From NCBI GenBank assembly GCA_036785375.1, contig JAWMAR010000148.1, positions 1,364,001 through 1,428,000 of the forward strand: DNA of 64,000 nt, read 5' to 3'. Below, in pieces: positions 24,430 through 35,301 of this stretch. The notes under the pieces are model-generated. The model saw only the letters and a list, made by a program, of their open reading frames with translations. It was not told where the DNA came from and made no database searches. Position numbers and translations under genes: made by a program. The DNA is from Leucoraja ocellata. Lineage: Eukaryota. Numbering within the stretch: position 1 is the stretch's first letter; each line of letters begins with the position of its first letter.

Positions 24430-25790
24430 GAAGAAGCAGCCAGACCCAGCGAGTGATTGGATTGGCTGAAGGAAGGCTTTATCCTAGGTAAGTAAAGTTC
24501 TGGAGATTTAAAAAGAGAGCCAAGACTCAGACCGTGGCAATTACCTTGAAAGTCGCAGAGGAGCAGCAGCAGCAGCCAGACCAGCGAGTGAATGATGGAG
24601 TGGATTGGCTGAGATATCCTAATTAGTTGAATGGTTAGTTGACTTGATTAGATAAAATTAAGTTCAGGTCTAGGTGGGCAGCCTTGTTGTTGAGGGGAAT
24701 TGCCTTGGTGAGGTAAAGTGCGTGTTTTCGGCTCAAGAGACTTTGGCAAGGAGGCTACACTTGATTCCACTGAAGTAATGGCAGGCAAGTTGTTACAGTG
24801 TCTCTCTTGCATGATATGGGAAGTTAGGGACATTGTTGGTGCCTCTGACAACTATACCCGTGGAAATTGTGTCCAAGTGCAGCTCCTGAAGGACGGCGTT
24901 AGGGAACTGGAGCAGCAGCTGGATGACCTCAGGATCATATGGGAAACAGAGTTTCCTGGACAAGACCTACAGTGAGGTTGTCACATCGACGATACAGGAA
25001 GAGCGAAGGTGGGTGACAACGAGGAAGAGAAGTAAACATTGAGTGCAAGAGCTGTACCTATTGAAAACAGATACACCCTCTTGGGAGCTGGCGGAGCGGA
25101 CGACACAACAAGATTGAGTGGCAGACAGGACTGTGACTCCAACCCTGGGGCTGAGGCTCAACGGGGAAGAGTGACGTCAGGCAGAGCCGTAGTGGTGGGG
25201 GACTATAGTCAGAGATGTGGACGGGAGATTCTGTCGCAATAGGCGAGACATCAGGATGATATTGTTGCCAGGATCCAGGACACCTCGGAGTGGCTGCACG
25301 GCATTCTCAAGAGTGAGGGAGAGCAGCCGGAGGTTGTTGTGCATGTTGGAACGGTGGATATAGGCATGCATAATAGGATGTTTTGCAACACGAGTTTCCG
25401 AGATGGGTACAAGACGGAAAAGCAGGACCTGCAGGGTAGTGATCTCAGGATTGCTTCCAGTACATTGTGCTAGTGAAGGTAAGACATGGGAAATGAATAT
25501 GTGGCTCAGGAGTTGGTGCAGGGGGCAAGGATTTAGATTTCTGGATCATTGGGATCTCTTCTGGGGCAGTGGTGACCTGTACAAAACGGACAGGTTGCAC
25601 CTTAACTGGAGAGGGACCAGCATCCTAGCGGGCAGGTTTGTTAATGCTACACGGGAGGGTTTAAGCTAGATTGGCAGGGGAGTGGGATCTCGCACAGGAC
25701 AGAGGCACGTGAGAGGCTAGTTGGTATGGAGGATGGTGTGGGAAAGGTTAGTGGACAGAATAGGCAGGTGAAAGGTGGAATCTCTGCTGT
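24430..25790 (+). mobile_element. CR1 LINE 5' UTR and ORF1 (Cys-rich, coiled coil, SGNH esterase), frameshifted
   Basis: MAGKLLQCLSCMIWEV...VRELEQQLDDL from 24778; AVVVGD, VVHVGT and RVVISGLLPV...DRLHLNWRG esterase motifs. Confidence 0.8.
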
Positions 25791-26288
25791 TTGAAGGATG
25801 TTGTTCAGCTAGAAACAGAGTAGTGACAACTTGCAAGGATGTTGCAAGTAACTGAGGGCCTGAGTTATAGGAGGTTGGGCATGCAAAGACTTTATTCTTT
25901 GTAGTGCAGGAGGCTGAGGGATTATCTTATAGAGGTATATAAGATAATGTGGGGAATAGTTGGGGTGAATGCACAGAGGCCTCTACCCAGAGTAGGAAAA
26001 TCAAGAACCTCGGGACATGGGTTTAAGCTGAGAGGGAAAAGATTCAATAGGAACCCGAGGGTCAACATTTTCTACACAGAGGGTAGTAGGTATAACTAAC
26101 GAACTGCCAGAGGAGGTAATCAAGGCAGGTACTATAACAACATTTAAATTAAATTTGGAAGGGTACATGGATAGGAAATGTTTATAGGGATATGGACTAA
26201 ACATAGGCAGACAGGGCTTGTGTAGATGGGGCATCTTGTTTGGCATAGGCAAATTGAGCCAAATGATCTGTTTCCGTGCTGTATGACT
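25790..26288 (+). mobile_element. CR1 LINE 3' end
   Basis: RRLR.YLIEVYKIM motif and the ctgtttccgtgctgtatgactc tail. Confidence 0.8.
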
Positions 26289-26289
26289 C

Positions 26290-26760
26290 CTCCCCTTCCA
26301 ACCTGACCCCTCTTCTTCCCGTCCCACACCCCAGCTCAATTTCTTAGACTCCCAACCCAACACCTCCACCCTAACTCTCTCCCACAAATCCCCTCCATCC
26401 ATTGTTCTAATACATCTGCCCCCCCAATCACCCCATCCCCAACAAATATGCCACCCCCATTCTCCTCATCCCCTAACCATACACATCTGTCCCCCCCCGC
26501 AACCCCACCATCCCCTAACCTGATACAACTGCCCCACAATCTCCCCATCCCCAAACTCCACCACATCTGCCCCATAATCTCTCCATCCCCAATCTCCCTA
26601 ACCCCCCCCCCCCCCCCCCCAATTCACCTTCATTCCCAACCCGACACATCTGCCCCGCAATTCCCCCTTTACCCCACCCGATACTTCTCCCCAATCTTGC
26701 CTCGTCCCCCAACCCAAATCCTTCCCCCTACGGGCCCAACCTCCTTCCAGCACATTTGCT
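26290..26760. repeat. C-rich (G-rich on the ABHD17C sense strand) imperfect tandem repeat at the start of intron 1
   Basis: Recurrent acatctgcccc / ccatccccaa units about every 70-100 bp and a poly-C run at 26602-26620. Confidence 0.7.
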
Positions 26761-26769
26761 CCACGCTCT

Positions 26770-27620
26770 GACCTTGTCCTCAGCGCCGTCCACGCTGCGT
26801 CAATGTCAGCGTAAAGGTTCTTCTCGGACGGTTTCCCGTTGCTGGCTCCGTAACCCGAGTAATCGTAGGAGAAGACGTTGCAGTTGATGCGGGAGCCCAG
26901 GCCGATGTAGAAGCTGCACATCTGGCCCAGGTCCACGGCGTTGCCGTGCGAGAAGAGCAGCGTGTAGCGGGAGTTAGGGGCGCAGCGGACGAACATGCAG
27001 CCGATGCGGGTGCCGCGGCTGGTGCTAGTGAAGAACACCTCCAGCGAGTCGAGCTCCCGCTGCGTGTACTGCCAGTCGGCCCGATCCGACAGGTGCAAAG
27101 TGTTGCTCGCCTCCTCCGCCAGCATCGAGTAGGTGGGCTCGGGAGGGAGGAAAGCGAGCTTGGCTGCGATGCGGCTCGGGCACGGCGGGCAGCAGAAGAG
27201 CCAGCACAGCTCGCTGAGAGAGAAGCCATTCATCCTGAGGGATGCAGGCGCTCGCCCGCCCGCTCTCGCCGGCCCCGTTACCAGGCAGCGGGCACGCGCG
27301 GCGGAGGCGCCAAATAACGGTCACAGCCGCGAGCGCCCGCTGACGACAGGTAAACTGGGCCGCACGAGCAGGGGCGCGCGGGGAGGTGTCGCCCGGATTC
27401 CGCTCGCGCCAACTCACTCGCCCGCTCACTCCTAAACCGTCCGCGGCGCGAGGCGGCCAGGCCGCCGGCCCGCGCTCCCGACTAGGCGGCACTTCCGGTC
27501 GGCCGTGGGTACCTCTCACAACAGCAGGAAAATCCCTTCAAAGTAACACCACCAAAGTAAGTCGCTTGTAACGCCGACTGCTTCTTGAGAACACGGAACG
27601 ACCCCACACGAGCGCTGTTT
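26770..27620. promoter_or_regulatory. CpG island / promoter of ABHD17C
   Basis: Very high GC and CpG density; ETS motif CCGGAAGT on the minus strand at 27491-27498; GC boxes. Confidence 0.85.
26773..27233 (-). CDS. ABHD17C: ABHD17C coding exon 1 (alpha/beta hydrolase depalmitoylase)
   Basis: [35 protein letters not shown]...[25 protein letters not shown]...; donor ACAAG|gtcaga. LCWLF, PSRIAA and GQMCSF match the C paralog rather than A or B. The three exons total 861 nt (286 aa plus stop). Confidence 0.95.
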
Positions 27621-27694
27621 TGATACTGTTGGGTAAAAACACCCGGGAGAGGTGACTTGGTCACTGTAGGAGAGGATGGGGTGGGAATCTTAAG

Positions 27695-28028
27695 GGCAGG
27701 CTAGATGCAGGAAGATTGTTCCCGATGTTGGGGAAGTCCAGAACAAGGGGTCACAGTTTAAGGATAAGGGGGAAATCTTTTAGGACCGAGATGAGGAAAA
27801 CATTTTTTCACACAGAGAGTGGTGAATCTGTGGAATTCTCTGCCACAGAAGGTAGTTGAGGCCAGTTAATTGGCTATATTTAAGAGGGAGTTAGATGTGG
27901 CTAAAGGGATCAGGGGGTATGGAGAGAAGGCAGGTACAGGATACTGAGTTGGATGATCATATTGAATGGTGGCGCAGGCTCGAAGGGCCGAATGGCCTAC
28001 TTCTGCACCTATTTTCTATGTTTCTATG
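27695..28028 (+). mobile_element. Young CR1 (HER1-like) 3' end
   Basis: FFTQRVVNLWNSLPQKVVEA and the cctattttctatgtttctatg tail. Confidence 0.9.
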
Positions 28029-28159
28029 AATATTGATTGAGCTGGTAACAACAGGCCAGTATCTAGGTCAATTCCTGGTGATCCCGCAGTTTTATTATTT
28101 TGGATTCAATGACACAACCAAATGGTTTGCTGGGCCTTTTCAGAGGGTAGATATGAATC

Positions 28160-28797
28160 AATAGTTCAAATGTATTTGATTGTCTCATGCACCTAGGTAC
28201 AGTAAACTTTCTTTTATCCATACACTAGTAAAAATCTTACCAAATCTTCCCAAGCCCACCAGCAGGACTGGCTTCCTCGCCATGGCCAGTGGACCAAGGA
28301 TTGCCCGGGAGACCCGCTTGCCTGCTGCGGACTGAGGACTTGGAGGTGCTGTCGGTGGGCCAGGCTCACCCACCACGAACTGAGAACTCGCTCACCAAGG
28401 ATGGAGAACCAGCCCAATATGCCTAGCTCACCCATCGCAGGCCACGAACTCGGACACGACCACCGAGAGCGTGGGCGACTGTCGAGAGTGAGGTGGACCG
28501 TCGAAAGTACAGGGGGTCCAGCGCCGCCGAGAACATAAGGGAGCTGTCATTAACGATCGTGGAACCCGGCAGAGATTGACGGGGTGGCTGCTTGCTGCCA
28601 CATGTGGCGGGAGGCATGGTTCGTCATTGCGGGCAGAAGATAACTGCGATGAACTTTATGTAACTGTTGGTAGCAGAAACGTGGCAACTCTTGTGTATGG
28701 CCTGGTTGAGGTCTGCTGTATGATTTTACCAGGTTGTATGAAACACAAAGCATTTCCCTGTATCTAGGTACATGTGACTATAAAGTATAATTGAATA
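28160..28797. mobile_element. Non-autonomous element(s) with a Rex1-type 3' tail and GC-rich body
   Basis: Plus-strand tail catttccctgtatctaggtacatgtgactataaagta and an oppositely oriented tail at 28160-28215. Similar tails lie near 50310-50537, 59265-59365 and 60400-60525. Confidence 0.5.
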
Positions 28798-29018
28798 CAT
28801 AAGCACAATCATTCTTAAATACAAATATGTAAGAAAACTAGATTACACGAAGGCAATGTATATGAGCCACCATATTTCCAACACCATCTTGCATCTTTCA
28901 AGTTTCCAGGTTCTTAAAAATATATAATTTTAACTTGGCTTAAAGGCATGGTGAATCAACCACATTCCTACTCGTCTGTGCACAAATAAGAATGGTGTTT
29001 ATGAGTGTATGTTGTTAT

Positions 29019-30395
29019 TACCTTTCGCTGCAATTACAGCTGCAAGTCTTTTGGGGTATGTCTCTACCGGCTTTGCACATCTAGAGACTGAAATATTTGC
29101 CCAATCTTCTTTGCAAAATAGCTCAAGCTCAGTCAGATTGGATGGAGAGCGTCTGTGAACAGCAATTTTCAAGTCTTGCCAGAGATTCTCAATTGGATTT
29201 AGGTCTGGACTTTGACTGGGCCATTCTAACACATGAATATGCTTTGATCTAAACCATTCCATTGTAGCTCTGGCTGTATGTTTAGGGTCGTTGTCCTGCT
29301 GGAAGGTGAACCTCCACCCCAGTCTCAAGTCTTTTGCAGACTCTTAACAGGTTTTCTTCCAAGATTGCCCTGTATTTGGCTCCATCCATCTCCCCATCAA
29401 CTCTGACCAGTTTCCCTGTCCCTGCTGAAGAAAAGCATCCCCACAGCATGATACTGCCACCACCATGTTTCACAGTGGGGATGGTGTGTTCAGGGTGATG
29501 TGCAGTGTTAGTTTTCCGCCACACATAGCGTTTTGCATTTAGGCCAAAAACTTCAATTTTGGTCTCATCTGGCCAGAGCACCTTCCTCCACATGCTTGCT
29601 GTGTCCCCCACATGGCTTGTGGCAAACTGCAAGCGGGACTTCTTATGGCTTTTTTTCAACAATGGCTTTCTTGCCACTCTTCCATAAAGGCCCGATTTGT
29701 GGAGTGCACGACTAATAGTTGTCCTGTGGACAGATTCTCCCACCTGAGCTGTGGATCTCTGCAGCTCCCCCAGAGTTACCATGGGCCTCTTGGCTGCTTC
29801 TCTGATCAATGCTCTCCTTGCCTGGCCTGTCAGTTTAGGTGGACGGCCATGTCTTGGTAGGTTTGCAGTTGTGCCATACTCTCCATTTTCAGATGATGGA
29901 TTGAACAGTGCTCCGTGAGATGTTCAAAGCTTGGGATATTTTTTTCTAACCTAACCCTGCTTTAAACTTCTCCACAACTTTATCCCTGACCTGTCTGGTG
30001 TGTTCCTTGGGCTTCATGATGCTGTTTGTTCACTAATGTTCTCTAACAAACCTCTGAGGCCTTCACAGAACAGCTGTATTTATACTGAGATTAGAATACA
30101 CACAAGTGGACTCTATTTACTAATTAGGTGATTTCTGAAGGCAATTGATTGCACTGGATTTCATTTAGGGGTATCAGAGTAAAGGGGGCTGAATACTTTT
30201 GCACGCCACACTTTTCAGTTTGTTATTTGTAAAAAAATTTGAAAACCATGTATCATTTTCCTTCCACTTCACAATTATGCGGCACTTTGTGTTGGTCTAT
30301 CACATAAAATCCCAATAAAATACATTTACGTTTGTGGTTGTAACGTGACAAAACGTGGAAAAGTTCAAGAGGTATGAATACTTTTGCAAGCCACT
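29019..30395 (-). mobile_element. Tc1 (DD34E, IR/DR type) DNA transposon, pseudogenized and missing its right end
   Basis: Transposase from ATG 30017 (MKPKEHTRQVRDKVVEKFKAG) with WPDETK and QQDNDPKH...SPDLNPIE (34 residues between D and E); stops and frameshifts. Left terminal repeat agtggcttgcaaaagtattca, with an inner direct repeat near 30184-30208. Confidence 0.93.
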
Positions 30396-30529
30396 TACAT
30401 TCTTTACCACTCGATCTACTTGTGTTGCCACTTTCAGGGATCTATTGTTTTGGACCACAAGATTCCTCTGTGTATCAATGTTGTTATGGGTCTTGACCAT
30501 TGACTAGTTATTGACTTAAGGAAATGTGG

Positions 30530-30840
30530 TGTACATGCCCCAGTCAGCATCAATTATACCGAAGTGGAGAGGGTCGAGTGCTTCAAGTACCTTGGTGTAA
30601 ATATCATCACTAATCTGTTCTATTCCAACCACATTGAAGCCATGGCTAAGGAAGCACACCAACACCTTTAATTCCTCAGAAGATTTAGGAAATTTGGCAT
30701 GTCTCCAACGTCTCTTGTCGATAACACTAATCAGCCTTCTCCTCCATCTACAATTAACATTGTCTTGGGAAAGCAGGCAACATAATCAAGGACCATTTAC
30801 ACCCTGATTATTCCCTCTTCTCTTTCCCATCAGGCAAGAA
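30530..30840 (+). mobile_element. Rex1/Babar LINE fragment
   Basis: EVERVECFKYLGVNI...KEAHQHL.FLRRFRKFGMS. Confidence 0.75.
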
Positions 30841-33800
30841 GTGTTTTGGAAACTGGACTGGAATGTAGAGAAACATATTCTGGGAAGGATATTGGAAAGG
30901 ATGGCAGAGGGGTTGTAGTTGTTGAAAGAAGGGCTTGAGACAGGTCATATGTTGGGAAGGGAAAGGAGAGACAGGAAGATTGAGGGAAAAGGAAAGAAGG
31001 ATTCAATTTGCTGTGATAATTGGAGGATGGTCATCTATGAAGATAATCAGGAAGGACCAAATGGAGTGGATTGGTGGTAGATTAGGTTGACATTCATTGA
31101 ACATTTATAGCATTCTAGGAAAAAAATTAACAATTTTTCAACTAATTAACTGGTCCAAACACATTGCTTTTGGGTATTATTTTATCTGAGGTTTGCTTGA
31201 CAAAATTTATCTTTCCTCTTATATTTTGTAAGATTTGTCTCCATGTGTGTTGAAAGGCACATGGAAAATGTATTTGTCCAATGCGAGTAGCATGGATCAT
31301 ATTGCTTTAACTATTCATTGATATATTTTTGTTTAATTATGCACAAACATTACCTTTATTTTAATATCTTAATCTTTTAAACCAAATGAACATAATAGTG
31401 CATCTCAAAACCTACAAAGCGATTTATTTAGAGAACTATCTGTACCAATGACAAATGGGTTAATATCAGGCTAACATCCATGGAATTGGAAAATTAGAGG
31501 AAAGTCCTCTTGAATAGTAATTATATGCTAAAAAATGAAATGTTATAGAAGTATCCGGAATCAGAAACAGGAAAAGGATATGAAACAGCTGAAAAGTCAG
31601 ATTGCTTCAATTTATCTCCATTAAAATTGTTCCCCCGGAGGCAGTGAATTTTACATAATATAGTCACAAACAGTCCATCATTGAGTGAAAATTACAAATT
31701 TGATATGGTGGACATTTTTAATTTCCACCACCAAATGCTATTACTATCATGTCTTACCATTAGTTAGTGTTTCCCAACATACAAAAAAAGTATGTAACCC
31801 AAGATTTTGTCTTTCCAATGTACAAAATAATAATTGTGTTCTTTAATTTTATCTGTAAGCTCCTGATCCTTATTAAATCTAAGCAGAGATATTGCTCCAG
31901 AATTTGCTAGAATAATAAGTGCATGAATGGTTACGGATGGTAATTTCACCACTCCCTGTCTAACAACCACCCATCATTCCCCCTGTAGATGGCCGTGAAG
32001 AATCAATATGCTGAGAATGAGAATTCACCACAAATTATTGGAATAATTGATTTTGTTTAAAACTGGAATTTATTTTCCACCTCCATGTGAGTTAAAAAAT
32101 TGCTGCATCTGAGCCATAATAGCACATTAAAGCTATTACCAACGAATAGGGTTAGCAATTAATAATATAAGGACTATTGTACTGTGAACATTTATGTGAT
32201 TGCAATATTTTTCTGGTACAAAGCAACAATAGAATCAGTGAAGCATTCCTTTCGATGGGTAAACTGTCTCAGAACTTACTGTTACTCGTTTTTTAAATCT
32301 TTTTGTATTAGTCTCTTTTTTCTCTCTTCCTTAATCTGTCCTTTCATTTCCTCTCTGTTGTTTGGAATTAAACCCTCCCCCTAACCCTTTGTTGCAATAA
32401 ACATGCACTGCCTATGGCATTATTGCCTAGTAGCATTTTCTGAAACAAAATGGACGAAAATATATTGGAAGTGAGTTTAAAGAGACCAGGAGTATAGCAA
32501 ATGTTACATGATGAGCAAAATTGGGAAATACTGGATATTCCAGAGAGTGGATAATATAGATTTTACAGTTAAATTGTTCCATGGTCCTTCAGGTCATCCA
32601 GTCCATAAACGTTTAAAATGTGTGTGTACCATTGTATTAGAGCATCCACATCCTTTTCTGTAAGTCTCTTCTCATGAAGTGCTTTGGCTCTGCTCATGCC
32701 TCAACTCAGTACAAGTGCTTACCAATCTGAGGCATTGGATTTTGTAAAATGGACTCTACATTATCTGATTAAATAAGAATGCATGATGCCAGAAGGGAAT
32801 TGAGATCTTTTTTCAGGAAGACTTGCCAGCATGTCAAGAGATTCCACCATCTCATCTCCCATTTATTTCAGCTCTTCCAAAGTGAGCATCATTTCATAGA
32901 ACTGAATTTGTGATTTAATTCAAAAATAATTGTTGATAAATATTCCTCTTTTAAAGAAATTGCATTCTAAATCAATGGACGGAGAGTTTACAGAGAGTTG
33001 ATGGGGAAACACACAACATTTGCACACAAACTGCAAATACTAATTGCAGAAATCATTCTTATATAAATCTTGTGATTTATTATATAGAAAACATAAATGC
33101 CAGGCCAATATGAGCACATAGAAAAGTTTAGCCAACTTACTGGAAAATGTTACCCACATTGGGTGACGCCCTGCTTATTTAATCCATTGGAGAATTATGT
33201 AGAAAAACAAATTTAGCATGTTCTGACAAGAATTATATTATACGGTATTTAGGTAATGATATTGAAGTATAAAATATTCCAAACTGCTGAATTTTATCAA
33301 AAGAATCGGTCATTTGATCTTTTGTGCTGTTCTGCCATTGAATGAGATCATGGTTGAACTTTTATTTCAATGGCCTTTCCTGCAATATCCACATTTCCCT
33401 TGATTCCAAAGAACTATCAATGATGATTTGATATTCAGCAATTGCTTCTACAACCTACTAAGTAAAGAACTCTGAATATAAACTACCAGCTGATTGAAGG
33501 AATTTCTTCATAACTTAGTCTTGAAGGCCCAACTGCCAATTTTGAAATGGTTACCCTGACCCTAGATATACCAACAAGTGGAAAGATCACTCTGATCTAG
33601 GTCAGGCAGTATCTGTGTGGGGAAAAAAAGTGAATGTTTCAGATCTTTCATTAGTTCTGACAAAGTGGTATCGATCTAAAACATCACTCGGCCAATATCT
33701 GAAACACCTGATGGTTTATTTCATTGTCACTGCCTGCCATTTTTTGCTGCAGTACAAAGATAACTTAATTTTCCCTTTTGATGTGTTGCAACTGGAAAAG

Positions 33801-34959
33801 CTGATGGTTAAATACAATTTATTTCTTCAAGAACTTACAGGAAGCTGCTTCATTTCTAATGAACAGTCACAGGCTAGAAGAGTGGGGAACACATTTTTCA
33901 GGAAGACTGATAATCCACTATCTGATTGTTTTGAAATCCTGTTGGTTCGGCATCTGGTCCAGCAGTTGCTGATTCCTGTGATCCATTTCATACACTAGAG
34001 CCCTGGTTCCCACACACGGTGTAGCACACAAGAGCACTGGTTCCTGCACTCTATCTTGCACACTGCTGCAGTTCCCAATGATCACCAAAGCATCAGTCCC
34101 AGTTTCCATGCTTCCTTTAACTCAGCAGAGCCTTGGTGTACTCCCTTTAAAGTTAGTGTATTCCCTGAAAATGTTATTGTCCCACAAAAAAAAAGTGTGG
34201 ATATATTAATTGGAATAATATCCAGTAGTCAGAAAAATTGGCCTGTCTGGCATTACCAAAGTCCTGAGTATTCAGGTCTGATGGAATTTTACTATAATTG
34301 CTGTGATTACTGATCTTAGCCACCAATAGTGCATTATTAATATATTTATATGCCCGGCATCATGCAATTTTGAGATACCCATGTATCTTCAGAATTTTGG
34401 TAATGCCATAGACAGGTTTTGACCGCTGGATAGAATTCAAATTGATCCATCACTTAAGATTTTCCTGATGAGTCCTTAGCCGCAGCACCTTGTGTCTCTT
34501 CTGGAGATGCTGAAAAAGATTCTGTATTTTGAAGGAAGGAGTAGGTTAAATTTAAGGGAATTCCGCTAACATGCATTGTCAAATGAACTTTCGTCATAAT
34601 TTGTCTGTGCCTACCATCACCGAATGAATGTGAGAGTGTACAAAATGAACTTTAACTTCACTTAATTAAACTTCCCTGCATTGAGGACATGCTTTTGCTT
34701 TCCGCAGCAGTTTTTGGAGTGACTAGCTCAGTATGAAATTCATTATTTAAGATTAAGTAAATGAACTTTGTACCCCTTCCCTGACTCCTAAATGACACCG
34801 TGTCAGAGAAATGAGAGGTTCTCTAACTTCAAAGCGCTTCAGGTAAAGTTTGAGTTTAATCGCTGCACGTTTACTGTTGAGGAATTTTTGGTTTCATCCT
34901 GCATTTACCAGTTCAAATTTATACATGAGAACGTGTTCACACAAACAACCAGATGAATG

Positions 34960-35301
34960 ATACAGACATAATGAACTGCAGAAAGAGACATAAAAAGACA
35001 CAAATTGCTGAAGTAACTGATCAGCCAGCATGTGTAGGAAAGAACTGCAGATGCTGGTTAAAACGAAAGATAGACACAAAATGCTGGAGTAACTCAGCGG
35101 GACAGGCAGCGTGTCTTAAGAGAAGGAATGCGTGACGTTTCAGGTTGAGATCCTTTAGACTGATGCCAGCATGTTTGGAGAACGTGAATGGGCTGTGATT
35201 CGGGTCGGGACTCTTCTTCACACTGATATTACTAAGGCAGAGAAATCTGTAAGAGAGGTGAAGGTGGGGCAAAGTTTGACAAGTGATAGGTGGATGCAGG
35301 T
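34960..35301 (-). mobile_element. Nested Penelope-derived repeats
   Basis: A younger copy (about 35031-35164) is inserted into an older copy of the same family; gccagcatgt is duplicated at 35024-35033 and 35165-35174. Confidence 0.7.

Noticed and set aside
26448-26771. Proline-rich 107-aa ORF
   Set aside because: Translation of the C-rich intronic repeat.
26780-27571. Several long overlapping ORFs (149, 123, 164 and 100 aa) around ABHD17C exon 1
   Set aside because: Shadow frames caused by the high GC and low stop frequency of the CpG island.
33615-34313. ORFs of 127 and 85 aa on the plus strand
   Set aside because: No splice support or homology, and they begin in a degenerate Penelope-type palindrome.
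34463-34500. CTGATGAGTCC resembling a canonical hammerhead 5' core
   Set aside because: No complementary stem II or GAAA follows.
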